From a virus: a stretch of DNA of 64,000 bases. Every line of letters starts with the position of its first letter. The stretch's first letter is position 1. The stretch is from IMG/VR virus record IMGVR_UViG_3300032093_000017, one strand, 5' to 3'. Below are positions 36,282-46,490 of this stretch, one piece after another. The position numbers and the translations under genes are program-made. The notes under the pieces are model-generated. The model made no database searches. It was not told the DNA's origin and saw only the letters and a list, made by a program, of their open reading frames with translations.

Positions 36282-37124
36282 TTAGGATTGAGGTAGGAAT
36301 TTAAATACTGGAACAACCTTTCCGTCTTGAATTTCTCCGACAATTTCATACAATGATGGGTCCAATACAACATCGTTATCAAAGACAACATCACCGACTT
36401 GTATAGTTGTAGATATACTGTTTCTTCCAACTACTGCAAAACTTCCACCCCAACTATTAGGCCAATCTGATAAAGTGTTTGTGATTGAAATTGGTATGTT
36501 TGTATCTCGTGCTTTTACTTGTAGGAATGATTTATTAGTTTCAATATCTTTTACAATGGCATCAGTATTTTCATTAGATACATAATTTCCAAAAACACGA
36601 ACAAATTGATTTAAATTAATTGTGATTACATTGTCGGTATCATCACTTGGAAACTCAGATAGATTGTATTCAGTATCTGTTGTGTTTGTTGTGAGTGATA
36701 TTGTTTTTTGTGGGTCAACTTGCAAACCACCAGGAACAATCAATCTATCAAAATCATCTCTAACTTCTATTGTTTCGTAGTGATGGACTTGTGCTATTGT
36801 TTCATCATCACCATACTTATCCAAAAGATACTTATAAAGACTATTATCATCTAAAGGCCATTTGTCATTTAGATTTGTAATATTATTTGTAATTAATATT
36901 ACCCAATCAAGAGATGAATCATTATAAACTTTTTGCGCTACTTGATCTGGTCTCTCATTATCTATGATTTGATAATACTCAAATGCAGTAGTAGCATTTG
37001 CAATATCATCTCTAAGTTTTGCTCTTTTAAATAGATTTTTTGTTACCGTATAATCATCATTAAAACTTTGATTTGGAAAATTTGAGACGTACTCAAAGTT
37101 GGGAAGTTCTCTGAAGTATGACAT
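36282..37124 (-). CDS. gp53: Baseplate wedge gp53 N-terminal part plus an extra domain
   Basis: MSYF..LP, ERPDQVA..VY, WVILITN and HHYET motifs. Confidence 0.8.
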   Translation of the reverse strand: MSYFRELPNFEYVSNFPNQSFNDDYTVTKNLFKRAKLRDDIANATTAFEYYQIIDNERPDQVAQKVYNDSSLDWVILITNNITNLNDKWPLDDNSLYKYLLDKYGDDETIAQVHHYETIEVRDDFDRLIVPGGLQVDPQKTISLTTNTTDTEYNLSEFPSDDTDNVITINLNQFVRVFGNYVSNENTDAIVKDIETNKSFLQVKARDTNIPISITNTLSDWPNSWGGSFAVVGRNSISTTIQVGDVVFDNDVVLDPSLYEIVGEIQDGKVVPVFKFLPQS

Positions 37125-37125
37125 A

Positions 37126-38652
37126 TTAGTATCCTATATCGTTTTCTGTGATTTTATCATAATCACCAGATAGACCATCAAATATTGTATCTTGATAATC
37201 ACTTTCGTATACGGGTTCAATTTCTTGAAATCCTAAAGACATTGTATAAGAAACTGGTTGTCCTTCTTCATATGCTGACCATTGACCATCAGGAGCATAA
37301 TTTACGGATACTCCTTGAAGAGCACATATTTTAAATTTATTTACACCTGCGATTGATTTTCCTCCTACAGTTTTATATTCCAACTTAAACACATTAGGAG
37401 AACCAAGAAATACTGAACCATAACCAGCACCTTTTGTTGCATTAAGTTTTCTTGCAGCACTTCCTTGCTTGAAGAATCTGATGATTCTTCTTACATCTGC
37501 TGCCTCTGGTTCACTTCTTGGACTAAAACGATATGCGAATTGAAATTGACGGAGAGTTGGACCTTTGAATAAGAGTTCAAGATTTGAATTTGGAACTACT
37601 CCAGCTCCTCTTGCTAAAATACTTTCGGGAGAAACTTCAAATCCAGCTTTTTTTAATACTAATGACATTAATGATGATTTTACATCTGGGTTGTTAAAAT
37701 CTAATGCACCCATTTGTGCTAATAATGCTGCTTGATTTATTCCACCTGTTGGTAATGAAGTATTACCTTTAAGACTTGTAATTAAATTTGCTACTTCAGT
37801 TAAAAGTTGTTGTCCAGCTACTTGCCCCAATTTGGACCCAACAAATCCAGTAGCTGCCATTGTCATATTATTCATTCTATCATCCCCCCATTCCACATTG
37901 TTGGAATCTGAGATTCCAGAAGGAATTGGAAGAATGACTGTTCCTATTGATTCCTTTAAACCACCTTTCAATGCACTATTTCTTTGAACTCCTTCAGTGA
38001 ATATTTTTGAGATTTCAGTTTTATTTTCAAATAAATCTTCAAGAGGTGGTTTATAATTAAACATTGTAATGTGAAGAGTATCTTGTTGATTTTCAAGAAT
38101 ATCTTTTGGGTACTTTAAAAGACCTTTAAATAATTCTTTTTCATTTTTACTTTGGAAATTTTTGTTATTTCCTAAATTAAGTCCAGGGTCAAAAAAGTTT
38201 CCTTGTCCCGGTGGAGCAGAAAGTGCCGAACCTATTCCGGGAAAAACAGATGCTATTCCCGGATTTGTTCCTGCCGCAGCATTATTGACAATAAATCTTC
38301 CTTGATTTTGTGGTTGTGCTGCAGCATTAATCTTATTACCTTTTGCCGATCCTCCTCTCGTTTGGAAAGCAGCATAAGATACTTTATTGATAGTTGACGA
38401 ATAATCTTTTGCTAATTGTGTGGGTTTATTTTTATCCCCATCCTGAAATAATTTTGGGTCCTTTATAGCATCACTGGTCCAACTACCATTTAGAAAAAAT
38501 ACAGAAGGGGAAATTACATTATGTGGTGGTTGCTCTTTGAGTTGATAATCTCCTGTTTTATAGTTGTATTCAATTCCAAGTCTAATTGAAGTTGGCGCAC
38601 CACTTGGTTGTGATGTGTAATAATTGTCGTTTAATATTATCCAGTCAGACAT
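37126..38652 (-). CDS. gp48: Baseplate tail-tube cap gp48-like
   Basis: LPIP...DSN.V.W, ELLFKGP.LRQF.F and FQEIEP motifs. Confidence 0.75.
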   Translation of the reverse strand: MSDWIILNDNYYTSQPSGAPTSIRLGIEYNYKTGDYQLKEQPPHNVISPSVFFLNGSWTSDAIKDPKLFQDGDKNKPTQLAKDYSSTINKVSYAAFQTRGGSAKGNKINAAAQPQNQGRFIVNNAAAGTNPGIASVFPGIGSALSAPPGQGNFFDPGLNLGNNKNFQSKNEKELFKGLLKYPKDILENQQDTLHITMFNYKPPLEDLFENKTEISKIFTEGVQRNSALKGGLKESIGTVILPIPSGISDSNNVEWGDDRMNNMTMAATGFVGSKLGQVAGQQLLTEVANLITSLKGNTSLPTGGINQAALLAQMGALDFNNPDVKSSLMSLVLKKAGFEVSPESILARGAGVVPNSNLELLFKGPTLRQFQFAYRFSPRSEPEAADVRRIIRFFKQGSAARKLNATKGAGYGSVFLGSPNVFKLEYKTVGGKSIAGVNKFKICALQGVSVNYAPDGQWSAYEEGQPVSYTMSLGFQEIEPVYESDYQDTIFDGLSGDYDKITENDIGY

Positions 38653-39150
38653 TTATGGTGCGTCCCAAACTTTGGTTTTAAATACTGGTTGTCCTCGTCT
38701 ATCCACAAATTTCTCTGTCGGAAGTAAGGATACTCCTGCCCATTCTCCTTCAGGCACTTTGAAGAAATCACTCATTACTCCAGAGAAGAGATATTTATGT
38801 AAAGTTTTCTTGGGTGCATTTACAATACCTGATTTATTTAGATAAGAATTTGCAACTGCTTCACGATACTTTGGTGTTAGGTAGTGAAGATTTGAACCAA
38901 AAAAAGAACCTTCTCTTGGATTTACTTCAATGATATAAGATAGTGGATGCATATCCCAATAATCATACCTTTGAGGATACTTGGCACTGTACATAAAAAA
39001 CACTAAATCACCTGGAATAATGAAACTTGTATCCAACTGATTGATATCTTTTTTGTTGTATTCTAATAAAGAATTCATCAATGAATTGACATACCAACTG
39101 GTGCTTTTATATTTTCCTCCAGTTTCTTTTATAATTTCTTCTGCTATCAT
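38653..39150 (-). CDS. gp2: DNA end protector gp2-like
   Basis: FMYSAK..YWD.HPL, NLHYL and LPTEKF motifs. Confidence 0.7.
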   Translation of the reverse strand: MIAEEIIKETGGKYKSTSWYVNSLMNSLLEYNKKDINQLDTSFIIPGDLVFFMYSAKYPQRYDYWDMHPLSYIIEVNPREGSFFGSNLHYLTPKYREAVANSYLNKSGIVNAPKKTLHKYLFSGVMSDFFKVPEGEWAGVSLLPTEKFVDRRGQPVFKTKVWDAP

Positions 39151-39611
39151 AATTTGATACCTAATTCTTTTTCTGTCAGAACACGAAACTCATAATTTCT
39201 ATCCGCACAATATTCTTTTGCTGCTTCCCATTTTGCTTGATTGACTGCCCAAGTTTTGACTGAGTATGCCCAAGATTTTGTTTTTCTCTTTGGATTTGTT
39301 TCTGGCATTTTTAAATCTTTTTGTGGTTTAATCTCTACAACCAGATGCCTATTATTTCCATTTTTATCTTTATATTTAACGAAGAAGTCTGGGAAATATC
39401 TGTGAATTTTATTATCAATTGGAGAACGATAGGGAATCCAAAATTCTTCAGATTTCCAACCATTTACACTTTCAGTTAGGTCACAATATTGCATAAACTT
39501 CAATTCATATGATGACCTATAAACTATGTTTGTTGGGTCACCATTATATTTTTCTGGGTTTTGTGGTCTATATTTTCCTTGCCTATACTTACTATCTTCG
39601 TTACGAGGCAT
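39147..39611 (-). CDS. gp4: Head completion nuclease gp4
   Basis: P.NPEKY.GD..YRSS.E, HRYFPDF, EIKP and NQAKW motifs. Confidence 0.9.
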   Translation of the reverse strand: MPRNEDSKYRQGKYRPQNPEKYNGDPTNIVYRSSYELKFMQYCDLTESVNGWKSEEFWIPYRSPIDNKIHRYFPDFFVKYKDKNGNNRHLVVEIKPQKDLKMPETNPKRKTKSWAYSVKTWAVNQAKWEAAKEYCADRNYEFRVLTEKELGIKL

Positions 39612-39642
39612 ACATATTATATAATCTTAATCGTATTTATAA

Positions 39643-40347
39643 ATGGCATCAAGAGGACCAGGAGCAGGACAACCTGAAGTTGGTTTTTTGTATAAGACAA
39701 CAGATGAAGCATTAGAAATCTTTGGTAAATTATCCCTTACAAGTCAATTTAAGGTATCATTGCACTTGACTAATCGTGGTGCTGGTGATTTATTGATGAA
39801 CTGGTTGGCAGACGCAGGAATTACAAGTGATGGAGAATTTTCAAAATTTGACTTTTATTGTGCGGAGACTTCACTTCCTGGCGCAACCTTTGATGTCACG
39901 GAAGAGATTGGGTCACGTCAAGGAGTGATAGAGAGGTTTCCAACTAAAAGAGTTTATCCAGATGTTACAATGACATTTTATGTTGATTATGATTATAAAC
40001 TCATTCGTCTTTTTGAAGAATGGATGAATTATATCAATCCTGTTTATACAGATGCTGGAGAAGTTAAAGCAAATTCAAGGGGACAGGGAGACGCAAAAAA
40101 TCGTCCAGATTTCTTTAGACTTAAATATCCCGACACATATAAGAGAATTATATCAATTGTAAAATTTGAAAGAGATTTGAATAGAACTAATGATGTGCCA
40201 AGAATAACTTATCGTTTGATTGATGCTTTCCCTACAAACATAGCAGCAATGCCAGTGACTTATGAAGGAAGTACAATCACTAAAACAATAGTTACCTTTA
40301 GTTACTCCCGTTATGTAATTGAAAAACATAAAACGAGGAGTAAATAA
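39643..40347 (+). CDS. Tail-tube initiator-like protein (gp54/gp19 fold)
   Basis: SLPG, TFYVD, FEEWM and AFPTNI motifs. Confidence 0.65.
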   Translation: MASRGPGAGQPEVGFLYKTTDEALEIFGKLSLTSQFKVSLHLTNRGAGDLLMNWLADAGITSDGEFSKFDFYCAETSLPGATFDVTEEIGSRQGVIERFPTKRVYPDVTMTFYVDYDYKLIRLFEEWMNYINPVYTDAGEVKANSRGQGDAKNRPDFFRLKYPDTYKRIISIVKFERDLNRTNDVPRITYRLIDAFPTNIAAMPVTYEGSTITKTIVTFSYSRYVIEKHKTRSK

Positions 40348-40371
40348 ATAAAAGCACTGAACTATTGAATT

Positions 40372-41100
40372 ATGCCATTACCTAAGATTTCTACACCAAC
40401 GTATGAATTGGTTTTGCCATCAACTGGGAAAACAATTAAATACAGACCATTTCTAGTCAAAGAAGAAAAGATATTAATTCTTGCTCTTGAAAGTCAAGAT
40501 ACAAAAGAAATTACAAATGCAATCAAGCAAGTATTAAAAGATTGTATTTTAACAAAAGCAATTAAAGTAGAAGAACTTCCAACTTTTGATATTGAATATT
40601 TGTTCTTAAACCTTCGTTCAAAATCTGTTGGTGAGTCTATTGAATTAATTATTACTTGTGGTGATGATATGGAAACTCAAGTTCCAGTCACAATTTATAT
40701 TGATGAGATTCAAGTTCAAAAAGAAGAAAATCATAGCACGGATATTAAACTTGATAGTTCTTTAGTTTTAAGAATGAAGTATCCATCTTTAGACCAGTTT
40801 ATTAAAAATAATTTTGATTTTAACACAGAGCAAAGTACATCAAATATTGAAAAATCTTTAGATATTATTGCTTCTTGTATTGATATGATCTTTAATGAAG
40901 AAGAAAGTTGGGCAGCATCTGATTGTACTAAAAAAGAATTAGTTTCTTGGATTGAAACACTTGATTCAAATCAATTCAAACAGGTTGAAAACTTTTTTAA
41001 TACAATGCCAAAACTTGCACACAAAGTAAAAGTTAAGAATCCAAAGACTGGAGTGGAAAGTGAAGTTACGTTGGAGGGGTTAACATCTTTTTTCGGTTGA
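40372..41100 (+). CDS. gp26: Baseplate hub assembly protein gp26
   Basis: MPLPK..P.YEL.LPS, YRPFLVKEEK, DIEYLFL.LR.KSVGE and LEGL.SFF motifs. Confidence 0.85.
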   Translation: MPLPKISTPTYELVLPSTGKTIKYRPFLVKEEKILILALESQDTKEITNAIKQVLKDCILTKAIKVEELPTFDIEYLFLNLRSKSVGESIELIITCGDDMETQVPVTIYIDEIQVQKEENHSTDIKLDSSLVLRMKYPSLDQFIKNNFDFNTEQSTSNIEKSLDIIASCIDMIFNEEESWAASDCTKKELVSWIETLDSNQFKQVENFFNTMPKLAHKVKVKNPKTGVESEVTLEGLTSFFG

Positions 41101-41102
41101 GT

Positions 41103-41276
41103 ATGGCTTATATGGAATTGGAGTCATACTTTAGAATTAATTTTGCATTACTTCAATTTCATAAATGGCCGATTAGGGATGTTGAAAATATGATGCCTTG
41201 GGAAAGAGATATTTACTTAGCACTTCTCCAACAACATATTGAAGATGAGAAACTAAAACAACAAAATGCTCAATAA
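41103..41276 (+). CDS. gp51: Baseplate hub assembly catalyst (gp51-like, 57 aa); possibly also reached by -1 frameshift
   Basis: YFRINFALLQFHKW...ENMMPWERDIY; missing from the ORF track (<60 aa). Confidence 0.75.
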   Translation: MAYMELESYFRINFALLQFHKWPIRDVENMMPWERDIYLALLQQHIEDEKLKQQNAQ

Positions 41277-41300
41277 ATAATTCTAAAATAAGAAAGCAAG

Positions 41301-43076
41301 ATGGTAATAGGTTCGGTTCTGAACCCAGAAAGAATAGTAGGTAAGCAGAATACAAACCAACAACTCGCCAAAAATTTTATTTCTGGTGGTTCTTTTCTTG
41401 GAACATCTTCAATTGCTTCTGCTGCAAATAAAATAGTAGGATTTCAAAGAGGGACTGCAAAACCAGTCCCATCTTCAGTAGATTCAATCGTAAGTACTAT
41501 TTCTACAAATATTACAAACAATATAACAAGCACTTTAAATAATACTCTTCAAAGTTTCACTACAGATTATAAGAAAAGAGTATCTGATGTTGATTCTGCG
41601 AAACCAACCGGCATTCTAAGTAAGTTTTTAAGTACCTATAAGAGTGTAATACAATTCATTCAGTTTTTTGGCAACAAAAAATTTGTGAATAGAATAAGTG
41701 ACAATTTAAAAAATCTTTCTAAATCATTTACAGAAAGTTTTGAAGTTGCAAAATTGATTCGTCAGGTCATTGTAAAAATAGTACAACAATTATCAAATCT
41801 TCCAAAAGCATCTCCAGGTGGTGGAGGTGGAATTGACATTGATGTTGATGTTCCCATGGGTGGTGTCAGAAAGAGCGCACCACGAGGACTTGGTAATATG
41901 TTCAAGGGAAGAGGCAAAATGCTTGCCCTTGGTGCTGGTGCTCTTGGATTGGGTGCTGTTGGTGCTGGCACAGTGAATGCTCTTTCTAATGTTGATGAAA
42001 TTAGAGCAGGAATGCTTCAACCTGGAGATGGTGGAGACATCATATCAACGTTTAGTTCTGCAATAGAAAGATTTATTACAGCAATTAATACAATGATTGG
42101 TATTGGAAAGGGTCCTTCCAAACCTCCTGGTGGTGGTGCAGGAGGTGGTGGGGGAAGTCCTGGAGGTCCTGGTCCTGGAGGTCCTGGTCCTGGATCTCCA
42201 GTGGATTATAGTAATTTGAAAAGTGGTGATATATCTACTATGGCAGGCAAATCAGCAGTTTTATATGATGAATATAGAAATCTTGGATATACTGATGAGG
42301 GAGCAAAAAGATTAATTGCTGAAATTGGCAGAGAAGGTGGGATGGACAATAAAAACTTGTTTGGAACTCATACTGATCCTTCTGCAAAAATTCCTAATAC
42401 TGGTATGTTTAGTTGGAATCAAGATAGAAGAACTGCTTTAATCGATCAGGCCAAAAAGGCTGGGGTTTGGGATGAGACCAAAGGTCAAATAAAAGAAACT
42501 GCTGAGGGATTGAGATTCCAAGCAAGATTTTCTGCAAATGAAATTAAGACGAGAGGTGCTGGAGTTCCTGAAGCATTAACCACTCAAGGTTATTCTGGTG
42601 CTAAAATATCACAATTACTTAGAGATAAGTATATTGTTTATAGAACTGATCGTGGTTATTCTGGGGGTCCTGATCCAGAATATGGATCAGTTAAAACTGG
42701 AGAATGGTATAAAAAATTGACTCCAGGATTGGAAAAAACATATAAACCAAAACCAGGAATAGGAGGTAGTTATGAGGAATTGCCTAAAGAATATGCTGCA
42801 GCATATAAGGCTGGAAAATTAAAATTAGAAGAATACAACAACTTAGCAACAGGTGTTTCTCAAGTTGCTCAAACAGCAGCACAATCACAAACAAATATTG
42901 TACCAATAGATTTGTCTGGTGCAATGCCTCAACAATCTCAAGGTGGTGGAGGAGGTATTTCTGCACCACCATCAACTCAAAAAAATGGTCCATCAGTTCC
43001 ATTATTACCTTCTGCAAACACTGATAATTTTTTAGTTTTATATTCAAGAATGGTTTATAATATAGTAGACGGATAA
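41301..43076 (+). CDS. Tail/hub protein with a phage-tail-lysozyme-like domain
   Basis: LIAEIGRE...GMFSWN.DRR motif; position after gp26/gp51. Confidence 0.6.
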   Translation: MVIGSVLNPERIVGKQNTNQQLAKNFISGGSFLGTSSIASAANKIVGFQRGTAKPVPSSVDSIVSTISTNITNNITSTLNNTLQSFTTDYKKRVSDVDSAKPTGILSKFLSTYKSVIQFIQFFGNKKFVNRISDNLKNLSKSFTESFEVAKLIRQVIVKIVQQLSNLPKASPGGGGGIDIDVDVPMGGVRKSAPRGLGNMFKGRGKMLALGAGALGLGAVGAGTVNALSNVDEIRAGMLQPGDGGDIISTFSSAIERFITAINTMIGIGKGPSKPPGGGAGGGGGSPGGPGPGGPGPGSPVDYSNLKSGDISTMAGKSAVLYDEYRNLGYTDEGAKRLIAEIGREGGMDNKNLFGTHTDPSAKIPNTGMFSWNQDRRTALIDQAKKAGVWDETKGQIKETAEGLRFQARFSANEIKTRGAGVPEALTTQGYSGAKISQLLRDKYIVYRTDRGYSGGPDPEYGSVKTGEWYKKLTPGLEKTYKPKPGIGGSYEELPKEYAAAYKAGKLKLEEYNNLATGVSQVAQTAAQSQTNIVPIDLSGAMPQQSQGGGGGISAPPSTQKNGPSVPLLPSANTDNFLVLYSRMVYNIVDG

Positions 43077-45172
43077 TGAAAAAAGTACTTTCTTCTCCTT
43101 TAGTTTCTGCTTCCAATAACATAGTTTCTTTTAGTGGAGATTCCTCAAGAAGACTAAAAGGAATTCAGAGAGATGTTGTTGATTTCTCTAAGTTTTTAAA
43201 CACTCAAAATAAAGAAATTAATAGAATAAAATTACCTGAAAAAAGAAAAATTAAAGAACTTGCGAACTTAAACATTGCTTCAAGTTTTGGTTCTCCTGGA
43301 AATTTATTATCATCTTTACTTGGAGGGGCACTTGATGTTGCTGGTTTTCTTGGTAATATGTTCCCCCCAAGAGGAAAAATGGGTGCTCCTCAAAATACAA
43401 GAGGATTGAGACCACCAAAACCAATAGTTTCTGGTTCTAAGTTACAATTTGGAGGACTCAAATCTGTAGGTATTTTGAATGCAGTTTTTTCTGGATTGGA
43501 TTTTGCTCAGGGATTGGCAGAGGGAGAAAGCACAGGTCAAGCAGCATCGGGAGCAGTGGGCAATCTTGCTGGTTCATTACTTGGTGGTGCCATTGGGCAA
43601 GCACTAATTCCAATACCTGGGCTTGGTTTTGTAATTGGAAGTATGGCAGGTGGATTTTTGGGTGGTTACACCGCAGATAGAGCATATGAACTTGCAACTG
43701 GTGGTGCTGGAGGTGTGTCTGGAAAAGTTGAAGAAAAACTAAAGGCACAAGAACAACAACAAAAGGCATCAGTTCAAGAAAGTGGATTTGGTGATGTAAT
43801 AAACAGATTTAGTGACTCTGTAGGAAAGTTTGAAAACTTTGTCTATAAGTCATTTGCTTCTGTGGTAAATGGTGCCGCAGCTGCTGCTGGTTCTGATGAA
43901 ATGATGTTGGATTACGGTTTAGACCCAGATGCAATTCCAGATGCTCCTGAAATTCCAGGAGAACTTCCAGATATGACTGCTGAAGGTGGTCAAATGCCCA
44001 GCAAATATACTTCATCTCCTTATGGTTGGAGATGGGGAAGAATTCATAGTGGTGTTGATTATGCTATTACGGAAGGAACACCAGTAAGTGTGATTCAACC
44101 TGGTCAAGTAACATACGCACAATTTAATGATGGTGGGTATGGATATGCTGTACAAATTGCACATCCTGGTGGTTCTAGTAGTTTTTATGGGCACTTAAGT
44201 AAAATATCAGTCAAAGAAGGACAACAAATAGAACCTGGAACTGTAATTGGAAATGTAGGAAGCACAGGAAATTCTACGGGACCTCACGTTCATTTTGAAG
44301 TTAGACAAGGAAGTAAAAAATTAGAAATACCTACAAGTGAGGGAGATAAGTATTTTAGATTCGGTGGCAATGTAAAAGTCAAACCAAAGGCAGGAGTTTC
44401 GGGAGCAGGTTCTAATCCTTTTGTTTTAGAATTACACGCAGACCCAAATGCAAAAGGACAAAAGACAGGATTAATCCCAAGCAATACCAGTCCAGATACT
44501 GCTGTTTCTCAAGCACTTGTTTCTAGTTTCGGGACTTATGGTAAAAATTTTAGAGGAGGATTGGGTGTTACAAATAGAGGTGGAAATATTCTAGAGTCAG
44601 ATATGGCATTAGGTGCTGAAGCAAATGCAAAAAGAATAGTTGAAGCAATGATGAAAGACCCTAAACGTGCATATCATATTTTTGCAGGACACGCTGATGT
44701 AACAAAAGGTGAAACTGGTGCTCCTGGAGAAAAGGAATATAATTTAAAAACTGCTGAATTGGTTGAAAAATTAGCAAAAGCACAGAAATTAAATGTAATG
44801 TACCATAAATCTATTATTGCAAATGAAGCAAGTGATCCAAATTCAAATCTTTCCAGAATTAAAGCAATAATGGATGCTTCAAAGAGACCTGGAATAGGAG
44901 GTCCAGATTTAACTCCAGAGGCAATTGCTGCATATCAATCTGGAATGATTCAAAATCTCCAACAATACCCTTCTTATAATCAACTACAACAGGTTACAAC
45001 AATTATACCAATGATGATGAGTCCTCAAGGTGGAGGAGGACAACAAAAACCAGTCTTTATTCCAGTTGGAGGTGGTGGTGGAGGAACTGTAATTCTTCCT
45101 GGTCCAGATGAAGGACAACTGGTAAATAGTCTTATGAAGACTATGTTACTTACTAATCTGTCAGCAAGCTAA
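43076..45172 (+). CDS. Tail/hub protein with M23 peptidase and a permuted amidase domain
   Basis: HSGVD, YGHL and STGPHVHFE (M23); ELHAD and AGH...GEKEYNL. Confidence 0.75.
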   Translation: MKKVLSSPLVSASNNIVSFSGDSSRRLKGIQRDVVDFSKFLNTQNKEINRIKLPEKRKIKELANLNIASSFGSPGNLLSSLLGGALDVAGFLGNMFPPRGKMGAPQNTRGLRPPKPIVSGSKLQFGGLKSVGILNAVFSGLDFAQGLAEGESTGQAASGAVGNLAGSLLGGAIGQALIPIPGLGFVIGSMAGGFLGGYTADRAYELATGGAGGVSGKVEEKLKAQEQQQKASVQESGFGDVINRFSDSVGKFENFVYKSFASVVNGAAAAAGSDEMMLDYGLDPDAIPDAPEIPGELPDMTAEGGQMPSKYTSSPYGWRWGRIHSGVDYAITEGTPVSVIQPGQVTYAQFNDGGYGYAVQIAHPGGSSSFYGHLSKISVKEGQQIEPGTVIGNVGSTGNSTGPHVHFEVRQGSKKLEIPTSEGDKYFRFGGNVKVKPKAGVSGAGSNPFVLELHADPNAKGQKTGLIPSNTSPDTAVSQALVSSFGTYGKNFRGGLGVTNRGGNILESDMALGAEANAKRIVEAMMKDPKRAYHIFAGHADVTKGETGAPGEKEYNLKTAELVEKLAKAQKLNVMYHKSIIANEASDPNSNLSRIKAIMDASKRPGIGGPDLTPEAIAAYQSGMIQNLQQYPSYNQLQQVTTIIPMMMSPQGGGGQQKPVFIPVGGGGGGTVILPGPDEGQLVNSLMKTMLLTNLSAS

Positions 45173-46485
45173 TGTCACAATCTGTAGCAGCATTTAAACC
45201 AAATTATTTTATCATACAATCATTAGATGGTAGCAAAAAAATTGATATTACCAATTCATTATTGTTTTTTGATTACTTTGAGGATATTTTATCTCCTTGT
45301 ATAACTGCTACTGCACAAATAGTTAATAGTACAAGTTTGTTTAATCTTTTACCAATTCGTGGTGGAGAAAAAGTTTCCATTAGTGTTGATACTGCATTTG
45401 GTGAATTTTTATTTGATGGTGATACTGCTTTTTATGTTTATAAGGTTAGCAATCTTGATGCACAAAAGTCAAGTGAAATGTTCACTTTACACTTAGTTTC
45501 TCGTGAAGGTTTGACGAATGATACTGTCAGATGTGAAAGAAAATATACAGGTAATATTCAAACTACAGTAACTAAAATTTTAAAAGATGTATTAAAAACT
45601 AAAAAATTTAAGAGTGAAAATATAGAAGGAACATCAAATGATTTTTCTTTTATTGGAAACAATAGAAAACCATTTCATACTTTGACTTGGTTGGGACCAA
45701 AAGCAGTTCCTGCAAATGGTCAAAACTCTGGAACATCAGGTGGAGAGAATAGTGGAATCGCAAAAGGAACTGCAGGATTCTTATTCTATGAAAACAAAGA
45801 TGGGTTTAATTTTAGAAGTATTGATAGTTTAGTTTCAAGCACTCAAATTCAAAACAATAGTGCCGATAAGGAATCAATATATAATTATCAATATGCTCCA
45901 ATCATTGAGAGTAATAATGTAGAAACAAATTTTAGAATTTTAAACTATAAGTATGAAAAGAATATTGATTTGATGAAATCATTGAGAGTTGGTATGTATT
46001 CAAATAAAACATATTATTTTGATTTGTATTCAAACACTTTAGATATTTACAAATACACAGTGAAAGACCAAGTTAAAAATAAACTAGGTGCGTCTAAGAA
46101 TATTGCTGTTTCTGATGAATTTGGAGATAGTATTAGTAGAATTATGTTTAAAATTTCTGATAGAGGAAATTTGAATAATGATGGAACTGTAAGTGGCAAG
46201 TCAAGAAGTGGTGCGGATATGTCAATGTCTTATTCTAGATATAATTTATTATTCACTCAAGCACTAAATATGGTTATACCTTGTAATATAAAACTGAAAG
46301 TTGGAGATATTATAAATGCACAATTTCCGAGAATCAAAAGATCGGATAATAAAGAAGCAGATGATGAGCAAAGTGGAAATTATTTGATTAAAGAATTGAG
46401 ACATCATTTTGAAGGAAATCAAATGGTTACAAGTGTAAAATTAATTCGTGATAGTTACGGTCTTTACGGTCCTCAAAACGGGTAA
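45172..46485 (+). CDS. Baseplate hub protein (gp27-like)
   Basis: YFEDI.SP, FYEN.DGFNF.SID and SGNYLI..L.H motifs. Confidence 0.6.
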   Translation: MSQSVAAFKPNYFIIQSLDGSKKIDITNSLLFFDYFEDILSPCITATAQIVNSTSLFNLLPIRGGEKVSISVDTAFGEFLFDGDTAFYVYKVSNLDAQKSSEMFTLHLVSREGLTNDTVRCERKYTGNIQTTVTKILKDVLKTKKFKSENIEGTSNDFSFIGNNRKPFHTLTWLGPKAVPANGQNSGTSGGENSGIAKGTAGFLFYENKDGFNFRSIDSLVSSTQIQNNSADKESIYNYQYAPIIESNNVETNFRILNYKYEKNIDLMKSLRVGMYSNKTYYFDLYSNTLDIYKYTVKDQVKNKLGASKNIAVSDEFGDSISRIMFKISDRGNLNNDGTVSGKSRSGADMSMSYSRYNLLFTQALNMVIPCNIKLKVGDIINAQFPRIKRSDNKEADDEQSGNYLIKELRHHFEGNQMVTSVKLIRDSYGLYGPQNG

Positions 46486-46490
46486 GAAAA

